From NCBI RefSeq assembly GCF_006345805.1, contig NC_043002.1, positions 104,594,001-104,658,000 of the forward strand: a DNA stretch of 64,000 bases, given 5' to 3'. The first letter of the stretch is position 1, and every line of letters starts with the position of its first letter. The notes beneath the pieces are model-generated. The model was given only the letters and a program-made list of their open reading frames with translations, made no database searches and was not told the origin of the DNA. A program made the translations under genes and the position numbers. Below are positions 1-14,260 of the stretch, one piece after another. Source of the stretch: Octopus sinensis. Taxonomy: Eukaryota.

Positions 1-224
1 GTCACTATTGATGATCTCAGTACTAATCTGGTATTTAATTTATCCACCCGATAGGATGAAAGCTAATTCGACTTCGGCGGAATTTGAACTCAAATGCAAA
101 GTTGATATAATCTGCAAAGAACAATAAAAGGTTACTGATCCGTCAATTATTCCATACTTATAAAGGACAACAGTAAATGCGCTACTTTACATACATATTT
201 CGGTCTTAAAGTGTCATTTCGGTC

Positions 225-319
225 ATAAAGTGTCTTGCTCAAGAACACAACACGCAACCCGGTCCGGAATCGAACTCACAGCCTCACGATTGTAAGCTCG
301 ACACTCTAACACATGATTC

Positions 320-320
<1 letters not shown>
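225..320 (-). mobile_element. Inverted partial copy of the CORE-type SINE 5' part
   Basis: Reverse complement of 419-515 with few mismatches; includes B-box-like GTTCGATTCC on the minus strand. Confidence 0.85.
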
Positions 321-390
<70 letters not shown>

Positions 391-418
391 TATATATATA
401 TATGTATGTATATATATA

Positions 419-742
419 TGAATCAGGTGTTTGAGTGTCGAGCTTACGATCGTGAGGCTGTGAGTTCGATTCCCGGACCGGGTTGCGTGTTGTGTTCTTG
501 AGCAAGACACTTTATTTCACGTTGCTCCAGTTCACTCAGCTGTAGAAATGAGTTGCGACGTCACTGGTGCCAAGCTGTATCAGCCTTTGCGTTTCCCTTG
601 GATGACATCGGTGGCGTGGAGAAGGGAGGCCGGCATGCATGGGCGACTGCTGGTCTTCCATAAACAACCTTACCCGGACTTGTGCCTCGGAGGGTAACTT
701 TGTTGGTGCATTCTTGTTCATTCTTGACCGAAGTGGGTCTCA
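419..742 (+). mobile_element. tRNA-derived CORE-type SINE (family B), copy 1
   Basis: B-box GAGTTCGATTCC, then TGTTCTTGAGCAAGACACTTTATTTCACGTTGCTCCAGTTCACTCAGCTGTAGAAATGAG, which resembles the MIR/CORE domain; homologous to 1168-1491, 23353-23676 and 59790-59930. Confidence 0.8.
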
Positions 743-1089
743 ATATATATGTATACACACACACATATTTCGTTTCGACTTTGTCGACCAGAGTCGAGTC
801 CTTGCGTATCACCTTATATGTTGTCTGTGTCTCTCTTAAGAGAAACAACTATAAACTCATGAAGTTCATTACGTGACTTCTTGTTCCGTAGTGACATATT
901 TAATTACACGCACACGCGCACACACATACACAGACACACACAGGCAAACACACAGTCACACACACACACACACACACACCACACACACACACACGAGTAA
1001 GCACATAGATGTAAAACAATGTGTAAAAAAAACAGTTCTCGAATACCTAGGTTTAGGTGCTTCTTCTTATATATATAGATATATATATA

Positions 1090-1152
<63 letters not shown>

Positions 1153-1167
1153 GTATGTATATATATA

Positions 1168-1491
1168 TGAATCAGGTGTTTGAGTGTCGAGCTTACGATC
1201 GTGAGGCTGTGAGTTCGATTCCCGGACCGGGTTGCGTGTTGTGTTCTTGAGCAAGACACTTTATTTCACGTTGCTCCAGTTCACTCAGCTGTAGAAATGA
1301 GTTGCGACGTCACTGGTGCCAAGCTGTATCAGCCTTTGCGTTTCCCTTGGATGACATCGGTGGCGTGGAGAAGGGAGGCCGGCATGCATGGGCGACTGCT
1401 GGTCTTCCATAAACAACCTTACCCGGACTTGTGCCTCGGAGGGTAACTTTGTTGGTGCATTCTTGTTCATTCTTGACCGAAGTGGGTCTCA
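1168..1491 (+). mobile_element. CORE-type SINE (family B), duplicated copy
   Basis: Essentially identical to 419-742. Confidence 0.8.
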
Positions 1492-1704
1492 ATATATATG
1501 TATACACACACACATATTTCGTTTCGACTTTGTCGACCAGAGTCGAGTCCTTGCGTATCACCTTATATGTTGTCTGTGTCTCTCTTAAGAGAAACAACTA
1601 TAAACTCATGAAGTTCATTACGTGACGTCTTGTTCCGTAGTGACATATTTAATTACACGCACACGCGCACACACATACACAGACACACACAGGCAAACAC
1701 ACAG

Positions 1705-1743
<39 letters not shown>

Positions 1744-1813
1744 TAAGCACATAGATGTAAAACAATGTGTAAAAAAAACAGTTCTCGAATACCTAGGTTT
1801 AGGTGCTTCTTCT

Positions 1814-1861
<48 letters not shown>

Positions 1862-2697
1862 GCACACACATATATATATAGAGAGAGAGAGCCTGCCGAA
1901 CGAATTGTGTTGTAAGGCTTTCCTTCCGATTTTTATGTACTGAGTTCAAATACCGACGGGGCCGACCTAAATAATTTTGATTATTTCTTGGTTGTTAAAA
2001 TAAGTACTAGTTGAACACTGGGGTGAATGTAATCAACGATCTGCCCATCAAAATTGCTGGCCTTGTACCAGCAATTAAAAAGAATTATTAGAAAAGCTGT
2101 AGAGGATTTCATCGACCCCCAGTATTTGCTTGGTAATTTATTTTATCGATCCTATAATTATCAAAGGTAAAGTCAACGTCGGCAGGATTTGAAGGAGGCA
2201 CAATGCTATCTTCATTGCAGCAAAATAAATTACAACAATAACTTCAACAACAAACAGAGAAGACGAATCACTGAATCTTCAGCATCTCCGTTATTTCTGC
2301 TCTATTCATGATCTGCGGCTATCTTAAAACATGTGCTTATTTAAAATCATTAATTCTCGTTTATTTTCTTTATAACATTAAATGATAGTCTGAGAGAAGA
2401 AAAATGAGTTTATTACAAGCAAAGAGAGAACTGTCGTGAACATCACCAATAAACAGGATGAGAGTTAAAGATAGAAGTTATTTTAAGATAGTTAAAGTTA
2501 GGTTCTTGTAATTGATGGTTAGTGTTTCAATCAGGCTATCGTTTTTATCGATTTCATTCAGAATGGATAACCTAAAGTAATATTCTTGACACGTTGGCGA
2601 AGAAATAATTGAAAACGATAAAGTCTGAGTAGTTAAAAAATATAACAAAAACTATGTGCGTACGCACGCGTACATACAATCACAAACACACACATGT

Positions 2698-2746
<49 letters not shown>

Positions 2747-2897
2747 CCATGCATACGCACATATATAGGAATACGCAGAAACACAAACATTTACACATAC
2801 AAACAGGCACACAGTCACACATATACAAACGTACCGTACATAATACGCAGAGACACAAATTTTCCACACATACATCCACGAATAGACACATACACAA

Positions 2898-2965
<68 letters not shown>

Positions 2966-3189
2966 ATATATGTATTTGTATATGTATGTATAATTTTAAC
3001 TCAAAACGATTTTCCGCGAACAAGAACAAAATGGAAAAACAAGAAATACGAAAACAATAATTAATCCGGGAAATGAAAACACATTTAATCTTGCTCTAAA
3101 GAAAACATGAATACATATATACATATTTGAAATTGCATACAAACACACATTCACGCACTCGCATATATGTATACACACACACACACAGA

Positions 3190-3267
<78 letters not shown>

Positions 3268-3302
3268 ATACATATATATACATATATATATATATATTAT
3301 AT

Positions 3303-3340
<38 letters not shown>

Positions 3341-5132
3341 CAAACGCATATATACATACATATGTACATATTTACAGAGATTCATATCTACATATATGCA
3401 TGAATACAAACACATAGGCATATATATATATACATATATAGATGTACATAAACATACCAACATCCTTTCAAATATATGCAAAGAAGCGTCTATATGATGT
3501 GTGTGTGTTTATACATATAGAGACAGTGATGGAACGAGTGAAGTTAGATTGAGATTGTACTCCGCATGCGTCTGGCAACAAACTGATTTACTTTCGACCT
3601 AGGTAGATACATCACCTCCACTTCGTAACAGCTCAGGTCACAAACGCCATAGTCAAATTTTGAACAATCTGTTTCATACACTCAATTCGATATTGCTATT
3701 GTTTTTTTTCACTTGTTTCTTTACTCGAATCAATTCCGATAGTAGAGTTTGTATTTGATAATATTCATACAACCATAATAGACTAAACTTAACTAAATTA
3801 GGTCATCTTGTTACAAGTATATTTATTTTTCTTATTATAAAGCAATTATCGACATTAAAACAAATACGGGTAAACGTCCTACCGGTTGAAAACAGCAGAA
3901 CGACAAACAGTGAAGCATTCCTGGCTACGCATCTGAGCTGCTTTGCCTGCAGTTTAGGTGTTCGAACAATAAGATTAAGTTTATAGAGCCAGCAAGGTTT
4001 CGCACAGACGAGCATTCTCCCTAAAATTGCGTCATCGTAATCTGCTCAAACGCCGGGGATATATTTGTGTGTGTCTTTGTGTGTGTGTGTTAGTGTGCGT
4101 GTGCATATAAATGTGTCTGTGCGCGTGTAACTCTATGTATGTGTTTACGTGTGTGTGTGAGAGTATATATGTGTTGTGTGTGTTGTGTGTGTATCTGTGT
4201 GTGCGTGTGCATCTAAGTGTGTGCGTGTGTGTGCGCGCGTATGCGTATCTGTGTGTGTGTGTTCGTGCCTGTTGAACCTCAAAAGTGTCATTACGTCCAT
4301 TATAAGCCCACACATTTTTTTCTATTTCTCTTTGTATTCATTTTCCCAATTATTTAAACATTTAACTAATTAACTAATCCATTGTCATTAATCATTCACT
4401 GAATCAATCAACAAAGTTTTGTTAAAGTCCCTTTAACACTATTGCCGAACTCATCAATAACATTTCAATTCCCATCCAAACCTGCTTCTGGTCAGCTTGC
4501 CTGGCCCTCCCAACGTACAACTGAATATGTTTTAATATTCGAGTTCACATCAACCCAACTCAATGTTAGTATGTTAGCTTTCATACATTTTGTGCAAATA
4601 GTTATCATATAGATACTCTCATATAGATCTATATTATCGATCATCATTGACTTCATACAGGTGATTGGTCTCATCAGAACACCCAGTGTCATTTTTAGAA
4701 CTTCTTAAGATTTTGGTTTAACATAGAAAGGAATATAGTACATGTTGAATCTCATTTATTATCAAATCAAGGAGTCTCCCACAAAATGGGCCAGTTATTT
4801 TTATGTTGAGTGGACATTTGTATATCTTGAATACATAAATCTCGCTATCACTTTATCTTTTGACATAGACATGCGAGGCAGATTCAGGATCAAAAAGCTC
4901 AGCAGAACATTCCCCTGTACTGTATCATGTTTTTACTTTGATGAAACTTCAAAATGGTTCATCATAACAGCGTTATTGGTAAACCTCAAGCTCATCACCA
5001 TACTTTCTCTCTTCATGAATCATTTAAGACGACAGGTGTTCTAAACTCTTACAGTCGTTAATTATTTTGGGACCTCAAAAGGTATGGAGAAGGCTTACGG
5101 GAATACGCCAGCACTTATCAATTGCAAATGCT

Positions 5133-5263
5133 ACATTATTTACATTTGACGGATATTTGTCCTCATCTTGTTTGTTGTTAACACGACGTTTCGGCTGGTA
5201 TACCCTCCAGCCTTTATTGGGTGTCTTGGGGAAATTTCGAACCTGGGATCGAAATTCCTCAGG
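5133..5263 (-). mobile_element. 3' fragment of the hammerhead-bearing SINE-like element (family H1)
   Basis: Strong similarity to 54778-54905 (ACATTATTTACATTTGACG..GTGTCTTGGGGAAATTTCGAAC). Confidence 0.85.
5180..5225 (-). ncRNA. Degenerate minimal type-I hammerhead ribozyme motif
   Basis: Minus strand reads GACAC-CCAATAA-A-GGCTGG(agggtata)CCAGCC-GAAA-CG-TC-GTGTT. Stems I and II, GAAA and the GUC site are intact; the CUGAUGA box is mutated. Confidence 0.65.
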
Positions 5264-6547
5264 AATGATAACACAGGTTTAAATTCAGATGTGTCCTATG
5301 AATTAGTGTTCAATTCCACCACAGCTATTGTGAGGAGAACAATAGGAAGGTAGTTATTCGAATGTTCTGCAAAGAACAAATGTGAAGCACAAATTTATCT
5401 GACTTGGGTCAAACACCAGCAACACGGTGTCGAATTCCTAGCTGTACACCGATGTGAATGGTGCTACCAATAGCTGCAGAGGAACGAACAAATTTCAGAA
5501 CTCGTATTAAACAATAGAACACAATGTTTCGTACTCTGTTCACACAATACTTGATCGAAGTCGTATATACTGTCATGTATCGAGACCATACAACACGTCG
5601 TTTTCTTCCGAGCATCAAAGATTACAATCGCCTGCCTCTGACACATTCATATGTACACATATGCGTGTTCATGTGTATATGTGTGTATGTGTTTATATAT
5701 GTGTGAGTGTGTATGTATGTATGTATGTATGTATTATTGGACGTACATGCACAGTGTACGTAATTTGTTTACACGCCCAATTTTCTTGCGGTATAGTGAA
5801 AGGGAAAGTTCCTTACATAATGCTGAGCAGTAAAGAACATCTGATTGTCAGAGATCAGGCAAGTCAGCTCGTCTCGCAATCCCCGTGAATGGTCAATATT
5901 GTAGCCTATCAATGTCACAAACCCGGATGATCTCGAAAGGAAATAAATCGTTTCTTTATGCGTTATATGCATATAATGGTGCTGCTATAGCGTAGCACAT
6001 GTGACAAAAGATTAAGCTACGAATTAGAATCTGCTCTAGCAATGAAAATACTATTGGTCGCATATATAAAGTTCATGCTTTGTTTAAAGGCCAAATTTGC
6101 TGCGGGATAACTTCCGGGGAAAGTCCTCTGCTTAATGTTGAGTGTTAAAGATAACTTGAATGTCACAAATTAGGCGTGACAACTCTCTTCGAATCACCGA
6201 GAATGGGAGATACCGATATCTTTGCATAAGTGCGTATGCGTTTCCCGGTGCTGATGTCTTGTGCATGTATCACAATTTCATTGGTTTTAACATACGGCAT
6301 TCAGCAAAAGAACTCTCTACATTCTTAATGAAACGAGGTCAATGAAGGAAATTCCGTACTGAACAAATAAAAGCTATGGAAATGAGTCACATAATGTTAT
6401 TTCATAACCGCTCACTAGACTTCTTAAATTACTATTCATGTCGTTAACAAGATGCACCATAATGTCAGAACAAGAGAGTAATATCAAGCTGCTGTTCACT
6501 CCATTGATTTTGTCTTTAGTATAATGTCAGTATACATACATACAGAC

Positions 6548-6597
<50 letters not shown>

Positions 6598-6722
6598 TAT
6601 ATATTATATATATATATTATATAGATATATATGTATATATATATATTATATATATATAATATATATATTATATATATATAATATATAGATATAGATATAT
6701 CTGTGTGTGTGTGTGTGTGTTT

Positions 6723-6769
<47 letters not shown>

Positions 6770-6968
6770 GGTCATCAATCATGTTTCCGTACTAAATATT
6801 TCAGAAAAGTTCGTCGATAAAATCATTAAAATAATTAAAATCTGCATATTTTACTCACAGCTTTAATTTTCATTTTATCTACGCGAAACCGTTACCAACA
6901 GTTGAGATGATAAAATGGTAACATTTTCATAATAAATTATGTGAATAACATTTCCATGTGTATGTGCG

Positions 6969-7006
<38 letters not shown>

Positions 7007-7059
7007 TATACTGTTAAGAGTGATTTTAGACCTTGATCTTAGCCATAATATATATATAT

Positions 7060-7102
<43 letters not shown>

Positions 7103-8052
7103 GAATGCTTGCTTTATGTTCGGATAAGTGTATTATACGTCCGACTATATAATCAGCAGGTGACATAGAAGCGCTGTTAGTATTCCTTTATATGTCACGT
7201 GGTAAATATTCCAAATATCTGTTCATAGGTATTTAACGATTCGGTGATTTTGTCTGGAATTGGAAACGAATCACGAAAACGTCAGCTGCTGAGTCGCTTT
7301 ACAGAGATATCTTGACAATTCTTTTATTTGAAATGTATTTGATATATTCTTCAAGTGGTCGGCAACACTTGATGTAATTATAATATCTTTATAACATATA
7401 TTAAATTCATTGTTTCTAACATAGGAACATATCCACAAACTTATGACGTGATTAATCGATTAAATTTATCTTGGTAACTAGCAGCTACATTCTTTTGTCA
7501 GTCGTAAATGGTAGAAATAAATAAAGTACCAGTCAAACTAATCGACTGCCATATTGACATAAAATAATAATTGTGAATTCAATGTAATCCAAATTTTGGT
7601 TAATCCAAGAATCTAAACAGAGTAATCAAGTGAGGCGCGTCCCTCTGATGAATATTCCGAAGAATTTACATAAAATAAAAAAATACAAACAACATAAGTA
7701 CACGTTAATTATTTGAGTAATTATATAATGAAGAAATAGAAAATGAATAACGTTTGAAAGACAGGAATTAGAAAAAAGATTTATTGCTTTTGTAACGGAA
7801 AACAAATGGAAAACAAAGCAAATATTATTATTATTGTTTGATTTGATATCAACTGCAAATTGATCTGGAATTGTTTGGGATTGAGGTTGATCACTTCTAA
7901 TTCCATGAGATTTCGGCAAACTAACAGATTTCTGTGTCTATCCTTTCGTCCAAAAGTGAAGAATTTAATAAAACTGCTGTCATCGTATATACGTGAGCAA
8001 CAATCTAATTAATTTTCACAGGACTCCTGATTAAAATAATTATCATTCTTAC

Positions 8053-8078
8053 CTGTATTACTTAACAAAACATCATCC
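8053..8078 (-). other. Candidate 26-nt micro-exon of an unidentified minus-strand gene
   Basis: Minus strand reads ctttctctttgcag|GGATGATGTTTTGTTAAGTAATACAG|gtaaga: strong acceptor and donor, one open frame (DDVLLSNT), in unique non-repetitive sequence. Confidence 0.5.
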
Positions 8079-9210
8079 CTGCAAAGAGAAAGTTGCAATC
8101 GGATGTCGAATCTATGTCCGAACAGAATGTAAGATTTCTTGTATCGTTTGTTTAATTTTTTTAATTTTTAAAATCCTTTGGGTTGAATTTTAACGGGATT
8201 CCTTTGTTACATGTACAAGTTGAGCGACTGCATTTGTTTCTTATTGTGTAAACCACCCTAACAACAGAGACGCAACATAAATTAACAGAAGTTGTACCCA
8301 GAACTCTCTCTTATATTCAGAATGCGTTTAGAACTTTACGATCTTTTTTGTGAAAGTTAACAGCAACGTGTAATTGAATTTTTTCGAACCATTTCACACC
8401 AGCTGAGAAAATTTTTTGTCTGACCCTCACTCCTCGATGGCTTAAGATCCGAAAGTTAAAATAAGTAGCGATCAAATATTAAAGCTACTTAAATCATCCA
8501 TACTTCATCATCAAATGCGGCCAATGATAGAATCGTATGAGTTTCGGTGAAAATGGAGGGCAATGTTGGTTCCAATACTATTTCTAAGTTCAAATACCAT
8601 CAAGGTGACATTTATGTTTTTTTCATCCATTCACTGGACTCTACACTAAATATCTGTCCACTAATGACACAATTTCTCCCCCCCTCTCTCTCTCTGTCTC
8701 TCTCTCTGTCACCCTCTCTGTTTCTCTTATCATCTAGGTATATTCGCTTGTATTTTAATGACCTGACATTGCACAGGAATATTCATTTTCGAGAGAAAGA
8801 ATTAACCTACCTTCAAAAAAGACACACCAAAACAGCAAAGAGATTGCAAAAGAACAGTACACATCCTTTCAGGATTCACAGGATATCCATCAGGCCTCCG
8901 GCATAATTTAATGTTATAATGTATGTATTTATGCATGCGTATATGTATGTACGTGCTTATGCATGTGTGTATAAACACAAACTAAGGTATGTATGCCTGA
9001 ATATATGCATGGGTGTACACGTGTGTCTATGATTGTAAATGAAAAAATATATAAATGTGTGTGTATGTATGCATATATGCGTGTGCGTGTATGTGTGTGT
9101 ATGTGCGTATGTAAGCATATAGCAGAATGCGAGAAGGAGGAGGAGGAGGAGAAGAAGAAGAAGAAGAAGAAGAAGAAGAAGGAAAAGAAGAAGAAGAAGA
9201 AGAAGGAAAA

Positions 9211-9245
<35 letters not shown>

Positions 9246-10151
9246 TAATAATGATGGTTGTGAGGTGCTGACGACGGTTATGACGATGATGATGATGATG
9301 ATGACGACGACGACGGCTATGACAATGATGATGACGACGACGACGACGATGAGGGCGATGATGATTAACCCGCGCACATATATATATATACTTATATATA
9401 TGAGTGAATATGTACACAGTAAGAGCCACACAAATTCTTACACACTAAGACAACATAATTTCACATTAAATACATGTCTTATGGATTAAATTCCTTACAA
9501 AGATGTATTCGCTTAAATATTGTGAATAACACATAGATACGGAAGGAATCCGATAAAAAGAGGGTGAAAAAAAATCAATACTTTCGACTAAGACGTTTTA
9601 GCTGATAACGGCATCGATCGAACACCGAATGGATAACTAAGATTCGTTTATTGCTTATTTTTATCGATCTATTACCGCATTATATTCCTATATTGCTATC
9701 AAAAACACACATTTGAATTTTTAAAACCCAAAGCTATGTACATACTATTCATGGCGATGATGGTAACGATGATGATGATAATGATAAAATTATAATATTA
9801 ATACAAATAATAATTGTTAGAAGTATAATTATAATAATATAAATTGTAAATAGAAAAGCAAATATTAATGATAAATAATCTTGGTTTTTTTTTTATTAAA
9901 ATAAATTTACTTCCCTAAAAATTTTCAGTACAATTATTAATGTCAAAAATTTTGTAATAATTGTTTATATAATAATTTCTGGAAATATTCCAAAATTTTT
10001 AAAAGACGGTTGCGTAGGGGAGGATAAATAACAAGTAAATAGGACAATAAGAGAAAAAAAAACAACAATAAAACAAATCAAAAGAGAAGCAACAACATCA
10101 ACAGCAACACCAACGACAACAACAACAACAACAAAAATAACAGTAATAATA

Positions 10152-10193
<42 letters not shown>

Positions 10194-10625
10194 GGACTCG
10201 AAGGAGAAGGAGATGATGATAATCATACAATAACAATAACAACAACAACAACAATAAGGTGATAATAATGATGATGGTAGTGGTAGTAGTAGTGGTGGGC
10301 GATGGGGTAGTGATGACGACTATGATGAATACGTATCAAACATGAATGAAAAACATTCAATTAAATGTATTTTCAACTGAATAGATGCTAACAAAAAGTC
10401 GGCTCTTTATTTAAAAGATGTTGAGCACAGGTGATGAAAACAGATTGTGTGGCGGGTGGGTGGGGGATGGTTGGTGGCCCTGTCTTGCAGCAGCGGAGAG
10501 CAATGGTAGTAGGGCATGTTTCGAAATACACAGGAACGCATAGGCACATGAGTATATGAATACCTAAATATATTATAAACAATTATACATGTATGCATGA
10601 TATATATATATATATATGTATATAT

Positions 10626-10660
<35 letters not shown>

Positions 10661-10661
10661 G

Positions 10662-10703
<42 letters not shown>

Positions 10704-11680
10704 TATATATATATATATATATTATATATATATATATATATACATATAGATATATATACATATACATATATATATTCATATATATATATATATATAATAT
10801 ATATTATATATATATATATATAGTAGTGGTTTTGTCTCGAATAATATTTTATATATATATTATATAATATATATATATACTTGTATTGAAATAGATTTGA
10901 TATTGCAAATGTTTTTGTTTTGGTCGGCCATTTTGGTGTGTTTCTTTTTTTTGCCTTGCTTTGCTTCGTTTGTTTTGCTATTTTTAACATATGGATATTT
11001 ATATGTATTTATAATTTTTGTGTAGTATTTTTTGTCAAAAATTGTTTGTGCATTCGTCTTATTGTATTATCTATATATATATATTTTTTTTAACAAAACG
11101 AAAAAAATAAAGCATTCTATTTATGAGTTACAATGCTTACAATATTAAAGAATTTTTTTTTATAGATTTACATTTGTTTTCAAACGTTTGTTTTACTTTT
11201 GTACGTATATATTTTAATTTTTTTTTGCATTTTCTCTCTGTTTTGTTTTTTTTCTTTTGCTTTATATAACGCCAGCATATTTATCCGGAGGAGGATGAAA
11301 AAATACAAAAGAAGAAATATATACAATTTATTGAAAGACATATATATATAAGACAACAACTATAATGCAATCAAATCAAAATCGACTATATTGTATTCAT
11401 TAATGTCGAAACTAACGGCCGATCCCCCTCCCAATATAGATAGGTGTGTGTGTTAGCGTAGGTATGTGCATGCGTGTATATATATATACGCATGTACAGA
11501 GAAAGAGAGTGCGCATTTCGTATACACACACACATATATATAGAGGATATATATATATTTATATATATATAAATATATTCATGCATAAATATATATATAT
11601 ATACATACATAAATATATATATACATGTATATAAATATTTACATAACTATATATATATACATATATATACCTATATAAAT

Positions 11681-11725
<45 letters not shown>

Positions 11726-12089
11726 TATATATATATTATATATATATATATATATATACATATATACTCACACGTATATATGCAGACGTAAACATATATA
11801 TTTTTATCTTGACGCACACACATAAAAGCATGTTAACAGACACATGCATGGAATGCGAGATTTCAATAGCATAACCTCTACATATTATGTTGTAAAACTA
11901 CCTCCACCTCCTCCCCTCCCTTTCCCTGAGACCAGCTGATATCCCTTTATTCTTTCTTCACCTTCACCACCCCCGCCCGAATCCATGAATTACCTTTCTC
12001 CTGATCATAGTCAACATTACTGGTGTCGTCGCCATCGTCGGCATACTCCTCTCGGGTACCAATCGAAGAATTTACCAAACCCGACTGCC

Positions 12090-12560
12090 GAATTAGCAGA
12101 AGTGTTAGGAATCTAAGACCAGATTGTTTGAGCCATTTATTTGAAGTCTTTTCGTTCTGAGTTCGTCCCGCCATAGCATAAATTGGTTTTTGATTGATGT
12201 CCCAGTTCGTTTTAACATCTGGCAGGCTCTTCATCTTTTGCAGAAACTTCTGTGTTCCAAGCATTAGCGGTTGAAACTTTAGTTTGAATATTTCTCTTTC
12301 ATTAAATGCCATGGGGTCCATAAAGAACGCGATCTCCTCAAAACCTATATGTAAAACAATTTTCAAATCTAGGAAAAAGTTTGTATGTTTTTAACCATCT
12401 CATAGTCCGAATTTTTTTTACAGACCCCAGGATTCGTAATATTGGTTGCTCGAATTTCATGACGTATAAGTCACCGACGTCGAAATATTGCATGTAGACG
12501 GGACGCCAATCCACTGCCGGGTTTAAAGCCAGAAAGTTTTTAGGAGACGGATAATTCGAT
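12090..12560 (-). mobile_element. Possible highly decayed R4/Dong-clade LINE fragment
   Basis: Peptide QKPIYAM..RTQNEKTSNKWLKQSGLR resembles the KPLHG...WLK.SGLK segment of R4/Dong ORFs; overall weak. Confidence 0.3.
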
Positions 12561-12979
12561 AAGAAGTCAGTACTAAACTGGTGCTTTATTCTATCGTCCC
12601 CGAACGGAGGAAAGGTAAAGATGATCAAGTTGAGATTTGAACTTAGAGCATAAAGAGCCGAAGAAATGCCGCTAAGCAATTTGTCCGACGTGCTAACCAT
12701 TCTGCCAGCTCCCCCCACGTTGCCATGCCTATTACTATCATCAAAATCTTCACCCCGATGTCCTCTGCTATCATCAACAACACCATTGCCACTATCGCAG
12801 ATTCTGCAACACAATCACCATCCCATCACCATTAAGATTATTACCACATCACCAACACGACCATCACCATCATTACAAACAGCGCCATCATAACCTACCA
12901 TCGTGAACATTTTTTTTTTCTTCACATCATGTCGTAACGACCTCACAGTAACTTTATCGAGAAATATTACACATTGCCT

Positions 12980-13006
12980 CCTGCTATACGTCTTTTATTA
13001 TTATCA

Positions 13007-13070
<64 letters not shown>

Positions 13071-14010
13071 CGTTGATGTTATTGTTTTTGTTGCTGAAAA
13101 TATGCTGTTTTAATGCAATTCTTTGTGTTATTTAATATTTAGCTGCCTCTGAATTGATTCTTTTTTTTAAAAAATTTTGTACTTTTTATCTCCTTCAAAT
13201 TCTGAAAACTACTTTCTTGTTCCTCGTCTTCTTCTGCTTCTACTACATATTTTCCTTCGTCTTTTTTACGTCTTATTTTTCTTCTCTTTCCCATTCTCCT
13301 TTTCTACTTCTTTCTCTTCTTTCTCTTTATGTCCTTCCTCTTCTTCTAATTCTTCTTTATTTTCTTCTTCCTCTTTTTTTTCTTCATCTTCTCCTTCCTC
13401 CTCTTCTTCTTCCTTTACTTTTTGTTCTTCTTCCCCTTCTTCTCCTTTTTCTTCTTCTTCTTCTTCTTCTTCTTCTTCTTTTTCCACTTCTTTCTCTAAT
13501 TCTTCTTCTTCTTCTTCTTCTTCTTCCTCCCCGCACTCTTCCTCTTCTTTTCCATCATCTCCTATCCCCCTGCAATTCCTCCTCCACCTCCTCACCGTCT
13601 TCCCCACCTTTCTCTTTCTCTTTCTCCCCGCACTCTTCCTCTTCAGCGATTTCTACATTTTTTCTTCCACTGACGTTATGAAAAAAAAAAGAGAAAAGAA
13701 AAAAACACACCTAATATTAGTAACAGTACAATTTTCATTATTATTAATGTCATATTATTCTATAACTATTATTATTGTTATTGTAGATTATTATTATTAT
13801 TATCAATATTATTATTATTATTATTATTATTATTATCATTATTATTATCATTATTATTATTATTATCATTATTATTATTATTATTATTATTATCATTATT
13901 ATTATTATTATCATTATTCTTACTATTATTATCATTATTATTATTATTATTATATCATTATTATTATTATTATATTTTATTATATTATTATTATTATCAT
14001 TTTTATTTTC

Positions 14011-14042
<32 letters not shown>

Positions 14043-14260
14043 CATCATCATTATTATTATATTATTATATTATTATTCTTATCATCATTATTATATTATA
14101 TTATTATTATTATTATTCATTATTATTATTACTATTATCATCATTATTATTATTACTATTATCATCATTATTATTATTATTATTATTATATTATTTTATT
14201 ATTATTAACATTTTTATTTTCTTTATTATTATTATTATTATTAATATTGTTGTTGTTGTT
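12980..14260. repeat. Compound microsatellite field (TTA)n/(TTC)n/(TTA,TCA)n
   Basis: Direct inspection; source of the poly-S, poly-Y, poly-I and poly-L ORFs. Confidence 0.95.

Larger units (their letters stand above)
419..1814. repeat. Direct tandem duplication (419-1068 and 1168-1814, offset 749 bp)
   Basis: Near-identical units (SINE, flank and CA tract) separated by a (TA)n tract; identical ORF translations recur at a 749-bp offset. Confidence 0.95.

Noticed and set aside
11947-12814. Two overlapping non-repetitive ORFs as a host gene
   Set aside because: The 5' part is a reversed SINE plus triplet repeat; the rest looks at best like decayed LINE, with no credible splice sites.
13154-14208. 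343-aa and 175-aa ORFs
   Set aside because: Pure (TTC)n/(TTA)n microsatellite translations.
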